Positions 17,290 to 38,515 of a DNA stretch of 64,000 nt are shown in pieces. Position 1 is the stretch's first letter; the number at the start of each line of letters is the position of its first letter. The position numbers and the translations under genes are program-made. The notes below the pieces were generated by a model. It saw nothing but the letters and a program-made list of their open reading frames with translations, ran no database searches and was not told the origin of the DNA. This DNA is from the human T2T-CHM13v2.0 reference genome, Homo sapiens. The stretch lies in NCBI RefSeq assembly GCF_009914755.1, contig NC_060947.1. One strand, 5' to 3'.

Positions 17290-18300
17290 GGCCACCAATA
17301 GTCTTTTGCCCCACCCAACCGGTGACACAGCCCGGGGCCCCGCCGCCCCCTGGCGGCCATTACGGATTTCCGCCTCCCTCACAGAAGGCAGTCACTGCAA
17401 CGTGCGTGGCCTCAGTTGCGTCATATCCGGCCCTTGCGATCAGGGCTTGAGGAACCCGCGCCATGAAGTGCGTGTTTGTTACCGTAGGGACCACCAGCTT
17501 TGACGACCTCATTGCGTGTGTGTCGGCGCCCGACAGTCTGCAAGTGAGTGAGGGAGGCGAGCAGGCGGCGGCTTGGCTCGCCACCCGCCATCTCCGGCCA
17601 TACTGCCAGCCGCGTTAGCCTTGCCTGACCGTCGCGCTCGGAAAGAAACCCCCGCAACTCTACCACAGGTGCCGCTGCCCCTTAGCTGGCTTCTGCCCAC
17701 GCCCGGCGGGGCCCTTCTCCGGCTACCCGGCCACTCGGGGTTGCCTGTTTCCTCTTCCCATTATTCCGGCCGCTCCTCTCCCTCATTTCTTCAGCTCCTT
17801 TTCCGGTCTGCCCCCGCGCTCTATTCTCCGCCTCCGCGTCCTCCGCCCCTCCTTCCAACGGCTCCGCCCCTCCGAGCTCGGGTTTTCCACCGGGCTCGGC
17901 AGTTTTTCCTCAGGCCCCCCTGTGGACCGCACGTCGGCGCCGGCGTCTGAGCCAGCCGAGCTCGCCTCAGAGCCCGGCTCCTTCCCCTCAGCACTTGGCC
18001 GGAGCCCGCGCGGTTCCTCTCCTCAGCGCGCGTCGTCCCCTCAGGGCTCCCGGTTCTCGCAGTTGATCAAGTGAGGCAGAACGGGTAGTGCCTGGGTTCC
18101 CCCCGAGTTTGCGACTCCTTTTCCAAAGTCTTTTCCTGCTGTGGCTTTCGCGGGACTCTGCGAGCTGGGTCGCTTAGATTCATGAGTGCTTGGGAGGTTC
18201 CTCGTCGGGCCCCGGACCAGAAAATAGTTTTGAAAACTAAGTGAAATCGGCCACAGATAGGCTTTTTGGCGGCCGTGCTCCGATGTTAACGTCAAACTTT
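17290..18300 (+). promoter_or_regulatory. ALG13: CpG-island promoter of ALG13
   Basis: GC/CpG-rich; CCAAT at 17295-17299, YY1-like GGCGGCCATT at about 17352, TTGCGTCA at 17416-17423; no TATA seen. Confidence 0.9.
17463..17543 (+). CDS. ALG13: ALG13 exon 1 (MKCVFVTVGTTSFDDLIACVSAPDSLQ)
   Basis: gccATG; VTVGTT GT28 motif; donor GTGAGT; 81 nt. Confidence 0.98.
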
Positions 18301-18375
18301 AGTAGTGGTGGTGGTTCCTGCTCTGTTTTACATAGCCAGTTTAAAAGGCCCTCACATTCTGATTTCCTCTTTCAG

Positions 18376-18538
18376 AAAATCGAGAGCCTTGGTTACAACC
18401 GACTTATCCTGCAAATTGGTAGAGGAACGGTGGTACCTGAACCCTTCAGTACTGAGTCGTTTACTCTGGATGTTTACAGGTACAAGGATTCCTTGAAAGA
18501 AGACATTCAGAAAGCAGATCTTGTTATTAGTCACGCAG
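18376..18538 (+). CDS. ALG13: ALG13 exon 2 ([17 protein letters not shown]...DLVISHAG)
   Basis: ctctttcag acceptor, GTAAAG donor; 163 nt; in frame. Confidence 0.98.
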
Positions 18539-18569
18539 GTAAAGGTGCCTAAGAATCTCAGGGTTGGGT

Positions 18570-18720
18570 CTTTTAATTTTAATTTTTTTTAAGTTCTGGG
18601 GTATTCTGGGGGTACATGTGCAGGATGTGCGGGCTTGTTACAAAGGTAAACGTGTGCCATGCATCACCTAGGTATTAAGCCCAGCATCCATTAGCTTTTT
18701 ATCCTGATGCTCTCCCTCCA
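18570..18720 (-). mobile_element. L1PA 3' end fragment
   Basis: ggggtacatgtgcaggatgtgc...ggtaaacgtgtgccatg. Confidence 0.85.
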
Positions 18721-19511
18721 ATAAGGAACTGACACTTGAACCTTTTCGAGGTAAAATAAAATCGCTAGCTGAACTCACTGTAGCCCTTTTTGAATACACA
18801 ACTTATTTGAATATGACAATTGAGAACTTTACTGGAGAGAACTTAGTATTTTGGGGTGAGAGAAGAATGGGAAATTAACCACTGTAGTCCACCTTTACAA
18901 TAAAAAACCCTAAACACAGAGGAGCAAAATAATTTACCCGGGGAAGTGTAATAAATTGTCAACTTGACATTAGTACTTGGGCTTAGATCTAAAGGAGTGT
19001 TCTGCCTGCTGATTGGTTGGATTGGTCATGGAGAAATTGGAATTGTAAGATTGTTTACATTTCTGTTGAATGTGAGTGAAATGAATCCAGTCAAAAATAA
19101 TAACAGCTACATACTGTGTAAATTGTTTCCTCTTCAGAGGACCGCCCTGATGGTCTAGTTAATTAGACTTCTAGTGCATTCAGAAGAACTGCTTTTGGGG
19201 AGCAATGCAGTTTTGACTGTTGTGAAGAAAGGTGTTTCGTTTTTTCCTTTCTTTTTTTTTTTTAAAGTCTAGTTTGAGGAGAGAAAAGTCTTTAGAAATA
19301 GACATTACCAACAGATTCGTGATTAAAAATGTATCTCCTAGGAGGTAACAGAGCCTTTGGCACTGCTCTGAATGCTTTGTGTATATTAACTTTACTTTTT
19401 TAAACAATCCTGTGAACTAAGTACTGTTAGTATCTCCATTTTACACATGAGGAAACTGAGACACAAGAGTGGTTAAGTAATTTGTCCAGCCGGGAAGTGG
19501 TGGACAGATAA

Positions 19512-19973
<462 letters not shown>

Positions 19974-20243
19974 TAGTTAGATGATTTTACATTTCAAAAT
20001 TGAATTGATCCTAATATTCTATATTTGCATATTCATGGAGATCTATCCTTGACTATTTCTGGGATAGCACCTCACATGTAAACCCATAAGAAGTGGTCAG
20101 GGTTTTTCATTATTGATGCCTGTCTGTCTCTATTGTAGGCTTGCTTTTCTACTTGGGGTTGAATAGAAATGAAGTATAGTTTCACATACAGTATGTCAAA
20201 CCTGGATCTTATTTGGATTCAAGGCCATGCCCAAAGCATACTC

Positions 20244-20938
<695 letters not shown>

Positions 20939-21195
20939 TACTAGAGAGCAAGTAGCATAGCACTGAATCATAGGCCATAATGTCATCATCAGTGATAAAG
21001 TAATGTATTTTTCAAATAAAGTTTCTAGCACTTTTTATTAGAGAGCAACTGATAACTATACTCTTGTCATTTTGAATGTATAATTGAAAGACCTAGTTTG
21101 TAGTTCTGTCAACTTAAGTTTTTTAACTTTTGATTTCTAGCTATAAAGCTTCGTGGGGACCTTAACTTATTTCAAATTGTGTTGAACAAATTTGA

Positions 21196-21360
<165 letters not shown>

Positions 21361-21754
21361 TGATTATTATTATCTCTTGCCTTAATTCGTCCCTTGCACT
21401 TCCTCTTATCCACCTACCTAACCCATCTGTCTCTTCTGCCTCTTACCTTCTCCCAGTTACCAAACCTTTTGATTTTCTCAGCTGTAAAATCCTCCCATTT
21501 GTTTGTCTCCCATTTTGCAATCTCTGTGTTGTATTTCTATGTGTATCTGTGGCTGTTTCTTTGCATATGTGAATATCTGAGAGAGTGTGTGTATGTGTGT
21601 TTATTTAGGCGTGCATGTCTCCAAGACACTAATTTTGGAGTTCTAAATTTTGAGTTCATTATTTAGATTTTCATTATTCAAGGAAGACAATTTGCTCATT
21701 TTAGTTAAAAGTTTTGCCTATAGTAAATCCACTAAAATCCCTAAATTATATTTA

Positions 21755-22290
21755 CTCTTTCATTTATTCAGTTACACCCAATATATAAAAGGCACTGTTT
21801 TAGGTGCTGTGGATACAGTAGTAAACATGAGATAAAGTCCCTGTTCTTATGGTGCTTACATTCTAGTGGTGGAAAATTGATAATAAGTTCACAAATAAAT
21901 GATCAAGGTATTTCATGTGGTGAAATGTACTATGAAGAAAGTAAGACAGGGTGATGTGGTAGCTGGGGTGAAGACTGATTAGAATTGTCAGAGAAGGCTT
22001 GGCAGAGTACCTAACATTTTGATCTGAGACCCGAAATACAAGGAAGAGCCAGTCATGTGAAGATTTGGAGGCAGAAGGAACAGCAAGTGTAAAAGCCTAA
22101 GTAAGGAATGAACTTGGAGCTTGGTGTGTTTGAGGAACAGAGGGAAGATTAGTGTTGCAGGAGCATAGTGAGCAAGGGAATATAATAGAAGATGAAGTTG
22201 GGTGGGGGTAGCTTATGTAAGAGTTCTGATTTTATTCATGTTTATTGAGAAGCCATTGAAGTATTTTAAGCAGAGAAATTATGGTAAGGA
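21755..22290 (+). mobile_element. L2 fragment
   Basis: ttcatttattcag...ggcactgttttaggtgctgtggatacag...gagaagccattgaagtattttaagcag; strand approximate. Confidence 0.65.
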
Positions 22291-23201
22291 GTATTATTTT
22301 CTACAAGTATATTAGAATTCAACAGGAACTGATCATCGTAATAGAAGGATGAAGAAAATTACTTGTTTGTTTTCTATTAGTTCTTCCTTGAGACACTAGA
22401 AGCTTGCCAAAGGGCCAGGTCAGTAATTCCCACTTGTTTGACTTTAAAACCTATCCTAGTTTGATGTTGCAAGAAGTAAATGCCTCATAGAATTACTATA
22501 TATGTGTATATATATATTTATTTACATTATAGTAAAATGAAATTAATTTTAAAATAAAAAACCTGAGAAGAAACTGGCTGGAGCATAATTTTTCTTTTAG
22601 TTTTACTGCTTCTGTCTCTTAGGCACTCAGTAAATACTTATTCATTCATTAAATATTTATTGAGTACCTTCTATGTGCCAGGCATTGTTCTAGGCACTTG
22701 GTATACATCAGTGAACAAAACAAAGACTCCTGTTCTTAACTGAGAGGAGGCAGATTCATTGATTATTTCAGGAGTGAAATTGTTGGTGTCCTTATCACTA
22801 TAATGTTGGAGAAGAGGGAATGTCAGGGTGGCTGTGTAACATAGAAGCCAGTCTTGAACTATTTAGTGAGTCAGGAGAGAAGCTAGATTAAAGAGGAATA
22901 AACTTATCTTCCTAACTGCTTTATGCAAGTCAATTTTTTCCAGATACTTTTAATTAGTATTTTCATTCTAAATGTTAAATCAGCTTTGATTTTGTGTTAG
23001 TACATTAAAAGGAAAACACTGATTTCATAAACATATCCTGACTTTTTACTCATGCTGAAAAGGAAAGAAACTGTACAAGTCTCCAATTTATTTTATTTTT
23101 ATTTTTTTACAGTTTTAAATGTCTTTTTTTCTATATTAATTTCAAGAAAGTCACATAAAAGCAGTAAGCAGTGAGAAAGAATCAGTAATTGATTGGTTAT
23201 A

Positions 23202-23488
<287 letters not shown>

Positions 23489-24130
23489 AATAATTGGTTA
23501 TATTTTCATTTTAGGTAAATCATTTATTTTCCCCAGACCTAGGCTGGGGGGTAGTATGTTTGTTCTAATTTAAGCGATTGGTTTAAATAAATTTCCGATG
23601 TAATGGTTCTATGTTTAAAACCTTATTTCCAGCATACATGGTGGTGTGGTATATTGTTTAATTGTATATGAAGTTATGATAGTAAATTACTGGCAAAGAT
23701 TATTTCACAGTCTTCATGCATGGTCTAGTAGTTTCCCCAGCTTATTATCTTGTCTGGCAGCTATTACTTTTGGTTTCAATTTTTAAATTCTGTTTTCATG
23801 AATGAATTGTGCTTCAGTTTAAATATGCCCAGTCCTGAGAAGTATTACAAAGCCATGTGAAGACATTTTTCATGAAATATCATTTCTGAAATATATCAGT
23901 TGACATAGGAGATAAGGTATCTGCTGAATTTATATTGACATTTTATAGTACTCTTTGTATTGCTTTAATAATCCTAGTATGTATACTTATTAAAATATAT
24001 AAAAATTCACATGTGCAGTTTTTAGAAGTACCACTATATTCTTGGAAGTTAGATTCAGTCATCAGTGGGCAGCAGATGAAGTATGGAATTTTCTCCCATG
24101 TTACCTAATATTTTTCTTCTTTTGTTTTAG

Positions 24131-24245
24131 CACGCTTCCTGGGCTGTTACAGTCAATGGACTTATCAACACTGAAATGTTATCCTCCTGGCCAGCCAGAA
24201 AAATTTTCTGCATTTTTGGATAAAGTTGTTGGATTACAAAAATAA
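24131..24245 (+). CDS. ALG13: ALG13 short-isoform terminal exon ([12 protein letters not shown]...[10 protein letters not shown])
   Basis: ttttgttttag acceptor; 81+163+139+115=498 nt = 165 aa + stop. Confidence 0.97.
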
Positions 24246-25022
24246 ACACTAAACTCTCAACACTTTAAAAGCAACCCCCAAATTCAACCTATGTAATGTG
24301 ATTAAATCAAATTAAATACATAATATATATTTACAAAATAATATAATTAATAAACTTCCTACATCTATAGAATGTATAGGAAATTTTATGTTGTGCACAT
24401 TTGCATTGGGTCCAAATCCTAATTGCAGTTTAGTGAAATTACTAGATTTTTTTCTAATCTTCAGTATGTAGTGAGCATTCACAGGTTTTCTCCTAGAATC
24501 TCAAGTGGAATTGGAATCATAAAAATGAATGAGATTTGAAAACTTTCACAAAGATTATAAATGTAGTTAGTTTGATACTCCTTAGAATAAAAAAATGAAA
24601 CAGTAACAACTTTTATGTAAAAAAATTTTACATAAGAGTTAGCATCTTTAGCTTTATAATCTAAGGAACCAAATTTAAAAAATGATGGATTATGCTCTGT
24701 GAAATGAAAAGTTCAATCATTGCCTAAAAAAGATGATCAAGTTAGTTGATCTCTTGTACTTGGAAAAGCTACTTTTTTCCTAAAGAACAGAGTGGAGTGG
24801 ATATATTCACTTTTTTTTTCTAAAACATACAAAGTGATAAAATAATCGTGCCTAATGTCAAAACTTTACTGGTTTGAGAAGAATAATCAAAAAGGACTTA
24901 TACCAATAGGACTTACTATTGTTTTTTAAGGATCTCCTCTCACAGTGGTAATGAAACATTAACTGTAACAGAAATTTACAATTTATGTGCTTATAAAATT
25001 AGTTTTATGAATGAACAATAAA
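24241..25022 (+). terminator. ALG13: Candidate poly(A) signals of the short isoform
   Basis: AATAAA at 24241 (overlapping the stop) and at about 24349, 24586 and 25017. Confidence 0.6.
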
Positions 25023-26844
25023 CTGATGCATATAATGGCTTAAATATATGGTTTTAAAATTGACTTAACTTGAGCAAGATACATTATGAAGTTCTTTCTG
25101 ATTAGAGTGTGTGGTCTCAAGACCTTTACAGTAGATTATCCTTAAGTGTCCATAGCTCTCTGGTACAATGTTTAGATATAGTTTATCTATCAAAATAGAA
25201 CATTCACTATAAAGACCTCTCTTCCATTCCAATCATATTATCCCAACATGCTAAATGTTCCAAACATTTTATTTGGAATGCATTTTATCATGTTTTTATA
25301 GGTTTATTTTTCTGATTGTGTTTTATTTAGGCTAATATTAAAAAAATGCTTACTAGTGGTAGAAGGTGGTGACAAAGAAATACTCTGGGTAGCAGGAGGA
25401 AGCCAACTTGGATTAAAATTTTGCTGAGAATAATCTAAAAAGTGAGTAATCTGGTTGAGAATTCACAGCACCATAATCATAATTGTATATCAATGTTATG
25501 TTTTAGGAAAGGTCCTATTCAAATCCAGGGAGAGAATCTTTAGTGTTTTCTGGGCCCTCATAAATACGTTTTTCTCATTTGAGAAAATTGTGACTTTATG
25601 TTGGTCACTTAGTTTTTATAGTTTATGATGAAGAATTAAAGAGAAACAAATGAAAGGCAAGGTCTACTCAAATATCAGACAACTAAAAGGCTATACAGCC
25701 CCTAAATCCTTTGCTATCTACTTCCCCAGAATAATGCATAACCTAAATTCCATTATTTCATTTAGCAGAGGTTTAAGCCGTTGTTGTCAATTGTGTGCAG
25801 TAACGCCTCTGACTTCCCTTTTGTGGAATTTTGTATCGATTTTGGATTTTTAAGTCAAAGGAGACTTTAAAATCATTTTGATTTGGCACGGATTCTTGAG
25901 ATTATCTAGTCCAATTCCATCATATTCAGATTTTACCATTTGCTTAAAGTATAGCTTTTGGCAGAACTGCCCCTAGGAGCAGCTCCTTGATTCCCAGTCC
26001 CCTGCTCTTTCTACCCTGCATAATATATGTTGTAAGCTTTTTGTTTCTTTATAGTTGTTTGCCTAGTGTTCATTTTAGTTACTCGAATTCCTTGCAAGGT
26101 AGGTTTTGTTTGTTTATTTATGGAAGTTATTTAGTAGGAATTTCACACTTAACTGGGTTTTCCTTTGGCGTATGACAACCTTACCTAGGACTTAGAAATC
26201 TGTGATTTCTGAGTTTTTGGAATTTAGGAAAATGCTCTGGGTAGGATTGATAGTAGATTGAATAAATTAAGACTTTAAGACAGAATTGTAGACTTTTGGA
26301 GTTGGGAGATAATTTAAAGAATATTTTAAACCACCAGTTTTACAGATGAGGAAACATGCTAAATTAATCACCACATTTACATCTTATTAGTCCTTATTAA
26401 AGAATGGTAACCAAAAGTCTGTTTGAAATGTTTGCTCTATTTGTTTGGTTTCATTACATGACAGAGCTGCAGGTTCTTGATATTAATGAGTAAGTGGAAT
26501 GCAGTTTATTTAGCAGTGTTCTATTAGAGGTACTGAAATTTTCAGGGATAAGGAAATGAAAGAGAGTTTAGCATTGGGAAATTTGCACCATGGATAGATT
26601 AAGAGGTAGACAGTTAATAGAACATTTACGGGTTGGAGTAGATGAAAAGAGATGTGATGTTTTGGGATGACCTTGGGAATTAAGGATTTTAGATACTTAT
26701 AATTTGGGAGGAAAGAAAGCTCAAAGGATTTGTTGGTAAGATAGTATAACCAATGAATTTGACATAGGGTTCTGGAACATTTAAAAGTAGTCATTATCTG
26801 CAAGTACCATCAAGTATCTGATTTTGGACACCTTAGACCTCTAC

Positions 26845-26996
26845 TTTTTAATTTTAATTTTTTTTTTTTTGTATTTTAGTAGGGACGGGGTTTCACCGTG
26901 TTGCCCAGGCTGGTCGTGAACTCCTGAGCTCAGGCAATCCGCCCGCCTCGGCCTCCCAAAGTGCTGGTTTTACAGGCGTGAGCCACTGCACCCGGC
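26845..26996 (-). mobile_element. Alu left arm
   Basis: Single-arm antisense Alu. Confidence 0.9.
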
Positions 26997-27306
26997 TCTA
27001 CTTTGTATTCTTTTAAAGGCAAGTCATATATAGGCACAAAAGAGTACAAAAAGGTTGTTTGCCACTTTAATATTTAGTTTGAGGAAGTTTTTCAAGACTA
27101 AGTAATGACTAGCAGTAATATAAATATTCTTCCTGGCCCTTTATTGTGGTATAAGCACGTAATTCCTCTGATTTGTTCATAAATGTAAAATTTGTGGAGA
27201 TGACCAAAACACTTCATATAGTCTGAGAAATGACACATGGACAGATCATTTGAAATTAATTTTGGGGAAAGATTTGGAAAGGGTCATCATGATAGCCATG
27301 TGGTGA

Positions 27307-27705
<399 letters not shown>

Positions 27706-29045
27706 TTAGTATGTATCAGGTACTATTCAGAGCACTTTACACATATATACTCATTTAATCTTTAAATATTCCTGTGCAATAATTGGTATTGTCCATTCTA
27801 CAAATAACATAATGTGAAAAAAGTTGTATTTCATTTTAGGGTCCAAGAGATGTTGTGGAAATTGTAATTTGAACACTGAATTCCAGTATACTTCCATCCT
27901 TTATGGGGACAGTAGGAGAGAATATTTGAAATCAGAGGATTTTCCTAAGAAATTTAGATTGTATGTTAGCCACAGGCGTAACGGTATGCTAGCCATAGGT
28001 GTATAACCTTTTTGAATTTTTACATTGCTACTTAAAAAACCACAGTGATGGCTACTCATAGAATCCATGTGTAGAATCCATGTGGAGAAACTCTTTCAAT
28101 TGGTTTACCTGATTGCAAGTTATTTACAAATCTTTTTCTTTTTTCTTAGTTGTATTTTAAAGTTTCATTTTGGTCCTTGCTTTATTTCTTTTCTTGGAAT
28201 TTTCAGCATTCCCACAGCTTCTACTGTTGACTCCTTTATCTGTATCTCCCAACTCTGATTTGGGCTCCTAAATGATATTTCCAATTGCCTTTGGCCCTGT
28301 CTGTCTGTTAATTCTGTAAGCACCTCAAACTCAAGGTGTGCCCCAAACTGAAATCATATTTCTTTTCATTCTTCTGAGGTGCTTATCTTTATTAATGGTA
28401 TCATCATTTAGTCATTCTTCTAGCCTTTAACTCTGTCTCCAACCCCTTATATCTAATTGGTTTCCAAGCACTCACAGCTTTATTTCCTAAGTACCTCAAG
28501 CTTATGTATTCATCATTCAGGCTTTTAATATAAATGCATAATGAGAATCTACCTTTTGTATCAGCAGGATCCAAGACATGATTCCTGCTCTGAAGGACCT
28601 ATGTCTTACTCATTTTTGAGTCCTTTGCCTGAAACACAGTAGGCTTTCCATAAATGATGAATGCACTTCTGTAACCTAGTACTCTTTTTTGATTGTCTTG
28701 ATTAGGATTAGGTATTGTTCTAGGAAACACTGTCATCTTGTACACATTTATTTCATACTGACTTTGATTTGACAGCGAAGTATCTAGTAAGTCTCTTGTT
28801 CAGAAGATGTGACCATCATATTGTATGGTAAGTTTGTAGGATCAAGCACATATAAGAATAGCATCCCAAATATAACAGTGCTGATTCTATGCAGTATCTT
28901 AATGGTATTTAAGGGTCTGTCAAATAATGGTACCTGTCAGGGATTTGTGGCAAAACATGATGTTAAAAATCAGGTATATGAAAAGCACTATAGTGTTTTC
29001 TAGTAAAAGCTTACATAGAGAAAGGTTTAGGATATTACCAAACAA

Positions 29046-29337
<292 letters not shown>

Positions 29338-29499
29338 TAATTACTTATTAAGTGGCTAATGGCTAATTCCCTACGTGAATGCTCTATTTATTATACAGTT
29401 TTTAATTCTTTTTTTTTTTTTTTTTTTTTTGGTAGGCGGCTAAACAAAAGGTAGACAAATCTGGCTAGGTTCAAACAGGAATGTAGAATACATGATGCT

Positions 29500-29789
<290 letters not shown>

Positions 29790-30233
29790 AGAATACATGC
29801 TTCTTAATGTTGATACTGATTCTTGAAAAATATTTTGACAGGCTTTTAATACCATTATATACCATCTATGTTGGTATTTCTATATCTTCATTGTCTTATA
29901 AATTTTTTACCATATTCTGGCCAAAATTACTTATTTTGATTGACACTTGTATCATAGCTTTGAACATGATTTTATTTTGGTGGCTGCAGTCCTGTTCTCT
30001 GAGGCAGTGGTTCTTAAGCTTCTTTCAGCCATGGAACTCTTTAATTTAAAACTGTGGCTTTTCTTCTCTATATACATGATTTTGCAGTGACTTTCAGAAA
30101 GTTTGCAGGACCTCATGGCCCCGGGTTAAGAATCCCTAGGCTGAGGCGAACTTCAGTAACTTCATTTCTTGGTCATTGTTTATTACTATTTTGGTCTTAA
30201 TTCCTAGACTCATTTGTAATTAAACCCTTTTGA

Positions 30234-30588
<355 letters not shown>

Positions 30589-31486
30589 AGTAATTCCCAG
30601 TTTTTATAATGTAACACAAATTCAATACTTTTTTTGTTTAAAGCATACTAGCCAATACATTTTTGAAACTAACCTTAATATTCTTATGCTATTAACTCAG
30701 TATCTGTAACCCATAATGTCATATAGTGTCTTTTCTAATAGATAATAAGGACTAAATGGAATTTTTTATTTGTAGTAATTATTTTAGAATATCCTATAAT
30801 AGACTGGTGAAGAAATCCAGTAAGGCAATACAATATGGTGTTTACTCATGGTTAAGTGTGCTACTAAAGTACTTGGTTGCAGGACCCTGATAGTCACTGT
30901 TGGAATGATGTCTATGAGACGCATATAGTACATCTTTTTGAATGATCATTTCTCCTTTTGTGCAGCATTACATACTGGTCAATTCTCCACTGCCAGTGTG
31001 AAGTGAGGGGATAATACACTCCCCATATTTAGTAATGAAAAACATTCCTAAGTCCTTAGCCTAAATTAGTAGTTTTCTGGATCTCAGTTTTCCTGTTTGT
31101 GAATTAATAAAACTAACTTCTCGGGTGATTTCTAAGACATAAACCTAGTTGTGTGGCATGTTTTAAAAATTAAAAATGCTGTTGAAATAACACATTTTCT
31201 CTTGGTTAGTTTTTGTTTTGAGAAGTAGGACTAAGATCTATTTTTAGAATTCACAGAATATAGTCCTAAATGATACGGAAAGCAGATTTTTCATTGAATT
31301 TCATGTTTAAACTCATACTCAGTTTCTAATTGGGGTTATAGTTAGATAATTTAAGTTTATTTAGAAGTTTAATTGAATGAGTCTTTCCAGTGCTTCAAAT
31401 GTTCTGGGTTTTTTCCCTCCTTCTGCTAATCCTGTCTCTAGACTGATCAGACACTGCAGGTATCTTAAGTCAAAAAACAACCTTCT

Positions 31487-31789
<303 letters not shown>

Positions 31790-33389
31790 TCAGTGTTTCT
31801 GTGCCAGTGTGGTATATTTTAAAGCAAAGTAATATTTTCCTTTAAAAAAAAATCTGTATTGTCATGCTATCAGGTGGAAATGGGGAAGAGAAGAAAATGA
31901 AAGCAAGTGGTTCTTGATAATATTTTATTTTGCAATTCCGAAGAAGGATTACTTCTTTGGGAAATCCATTCTTTGTCTTGCCTTTATTTCTCCTTCCTAA
32001 AACTTGAGGAGGAGGTTGAACAGGGCTGCCAGGCCATGCTTTGTTTTAGAACCATTGTGTTCCCTTCCTTCATAAATCTTGCTTTGCTAATTCTGCTTGA
32101 ATGTTCACCCTGAAAAGTTGATAGGCTCTAGTTCCAGGGTGCTGTTAAAATACATTTTTAAAACACATTACCATTATATTTTCAGTAATGAAAGACCCTA
32201 AAAAGAGGTTCTGTAGAGTTATTTCCCTTAATTTGCTTCATGTTATTTGGTACTAAAAATAATTGAAGTAAGTTATTTAGGGCTAATTTTTAAAATACTG
32301 GCTTTTCAGTAGGTTCTGTTACAAGTTGTTATATGTTAATACATGGGTTTGTTATCTTTAAAAATCTAGGTCTGTTTATGTGGTAATGTCAGATTTATTC
32401 ATTTTTATGTGGGCCAGTCATCCCCACTTTTTGCCAAGATAATAGGCTAACACCCAAAAGCTATTTTTAATATTGATCACAAATTTGACCACTTAAAGGA
32501 AGGTGTTATCAATATTTTAATATTGATTACAAATTTTACCACCTAAAGTCTGTTATCCACTGTTGAATCACAGAGTAATTCCCTACATTTGGAAGAGTGC
32601 TTAGAGATTATGCAGCCCATCTACTTATTTTACAGATGAGGAAACTGAGACTTAAAGTGGTACAGCCAAGTTCATAACATTCTTTTCATGATACCATATT
32701 GCCTCTCAGAAACTAATAACTCATAGCATTTTGTCATACACATTTACAACTATACCTTGTATGTCACAGGTAATGTATGCTTTAAAAAAATAATTCCGGA
32801 CATACCTCATTTAATTGGTTGAAACGTGAAGTGTTATTTTAGAATTAAAATCATTAGTATTTATATGTCACACTACAGTTTCCTTGTTTATCAGTGAAGA
32901 AATAAATATAGCAATTAAAAGGGCAAATTACGTATTCTAGCTAAATTTCAGTATAAAAAGTAGTCATTGCAAAATTAAAGCCCATCAGTTTCATGACAAG
33001 TAAACTATGTTATTTAAAGTTACTTTAATGTTTTTTCAACTTATTTTAATCTGTACCCAGAGATACAGTGCTTAAAACTTAAAATGTCTTTTTTAAGACA
33101 TTTTCTTTCCATTATACTTAGATGTCAAAGGGAATAATTCCATTAGGGATGGGGAAACAGGATATGGACCCATATTAGAACTTTGATTTCCAGTAGAATT
33201 TCAGTGAAATTGCTCTGGTTCTTACCTTTTTTTTTTTTTTTTTTTTTGGACCAAAGAATGATTGCTTGCTGAATGTTTTGTCAGGTAGCAGCTAACAGCC
33301 ATCCATATTTAAGCACGAACGTGCTAAACACTGAATATACAGTGTCTTTTGTATTATTCTAACAACCTTAGGTTTAAGTCACAAAAATT

Positions 33390-33775
33390 TCTAGAGCAGT
33401 GTTTCTCAAACTTTGAAACATTAATAGGTGATCTATGGAGGGAAGAAGGTGTTTGATAAAGGCTAGGTCAAAAATGTGAAGCATTTACTATAAGCATTCC
33501 TTAGGACCTTTAATGTTGCTAATGGGCACTGTGAATCTCAAGGATAGGATTATAATATGCAAAGTTTGCTGAAATTTTGGCCTTGAAATTCTCTTTTTAG
33601 GAATATGTTGTTCTAGAGCAGTGGTTTTCAAAGTGTATTCCCTGGACCAGCATCATCATCACCTGGGAACTTGTTAGAAATGCAAATTCTTGGGATTCAT
33701 CCCAGACCTGCCTCAGAATCCCTTGGGCAAGAGGCAATCTTTTAACAAGCCCTCCACTTGAGAACCACTGTTCTG
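33390..33775. mobile_element. hAT-Charlie MER5-type elements (two adjacent)
   Basis: ctagagcagtgtttctcaaac and ctagagcagtggttttcaaag...ttgagaaccactg termini. Confidence 0.75.
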
Positions 33776-34469
33776 GAAGTTTTTCAGGACTAAAGTAGTT
33801 TGCTGTGGAGAAAGCCAATTGGGATTTCAAGTGCGATATTTCAAAGGACAGTATTAAATACCTTGAAGTGGCTTTTTATTATATGCAAGACAAAGTCTAG
33901 AATCGACCCACAGTTCTCTTTAAAATATCCTATTGTACTAATCTGCAGAATGGAACCTCTGCTTTACCACTTCTGGGCTTTTGTTCATGTTTTTTCTGCC
34001 TTGGTATGTAATTCCTCTTTATGGTAATTGTGCAAACATCAGGAGATTTTATATAGTTTTAGTTTCAGTACTGTTACTGATTGGATGTGAAAACTTAGGT
34101 AGGTCTTAAAACTATTTCAGACCTGTTTCTTCATCTGTAAAGTAAGAGATCCCTTGGAGCTGTAAAATTCCAATTACTTGTTTTCCCAGTTTATGATGCT
34201 ATTGTTTCTTGCTCACTAATGATAAAATGTTTAAATTTGCTTTCTAAAATTAAGGTAATACATGTGAATAGTTAAAAATGTTAATTGATTATACAAGGCT
34301 TACAACAAGAAACAGCAGTTGTATGTCCTATTCCTCCGCATCTCTGTTCCTGCTTCTTATAGATGACCGTATTACTTTATGTTTTATAAATAATATGCTT
34401 AAACTGGTTTTGTTTTGTTTTTTAAATTTGAATATCATTGTAACCTTCCTACATGGAAGAGGAGACTTT

Positions 34470-38515
<4,046 letters not shown>

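Noticed and set aside
17295-17313. ERSE (CCAAT-N9-CCACG) in the promoter
   Set aside because: After N9 the sequence is CCCCA, not CCACG.
17573-17950. Pro-rich 125-aa ORF in intron 1
   Set aside because: Stop-poor GC-rich CpG island; non-ATG start; no recognisable domain.
32462-32548. Imperfect ~36-bp duplication (tttaatattgat.acaaattt.accac.taaag)
   Set aside because: Old local duplication in an AT-rich intron with no further structure.
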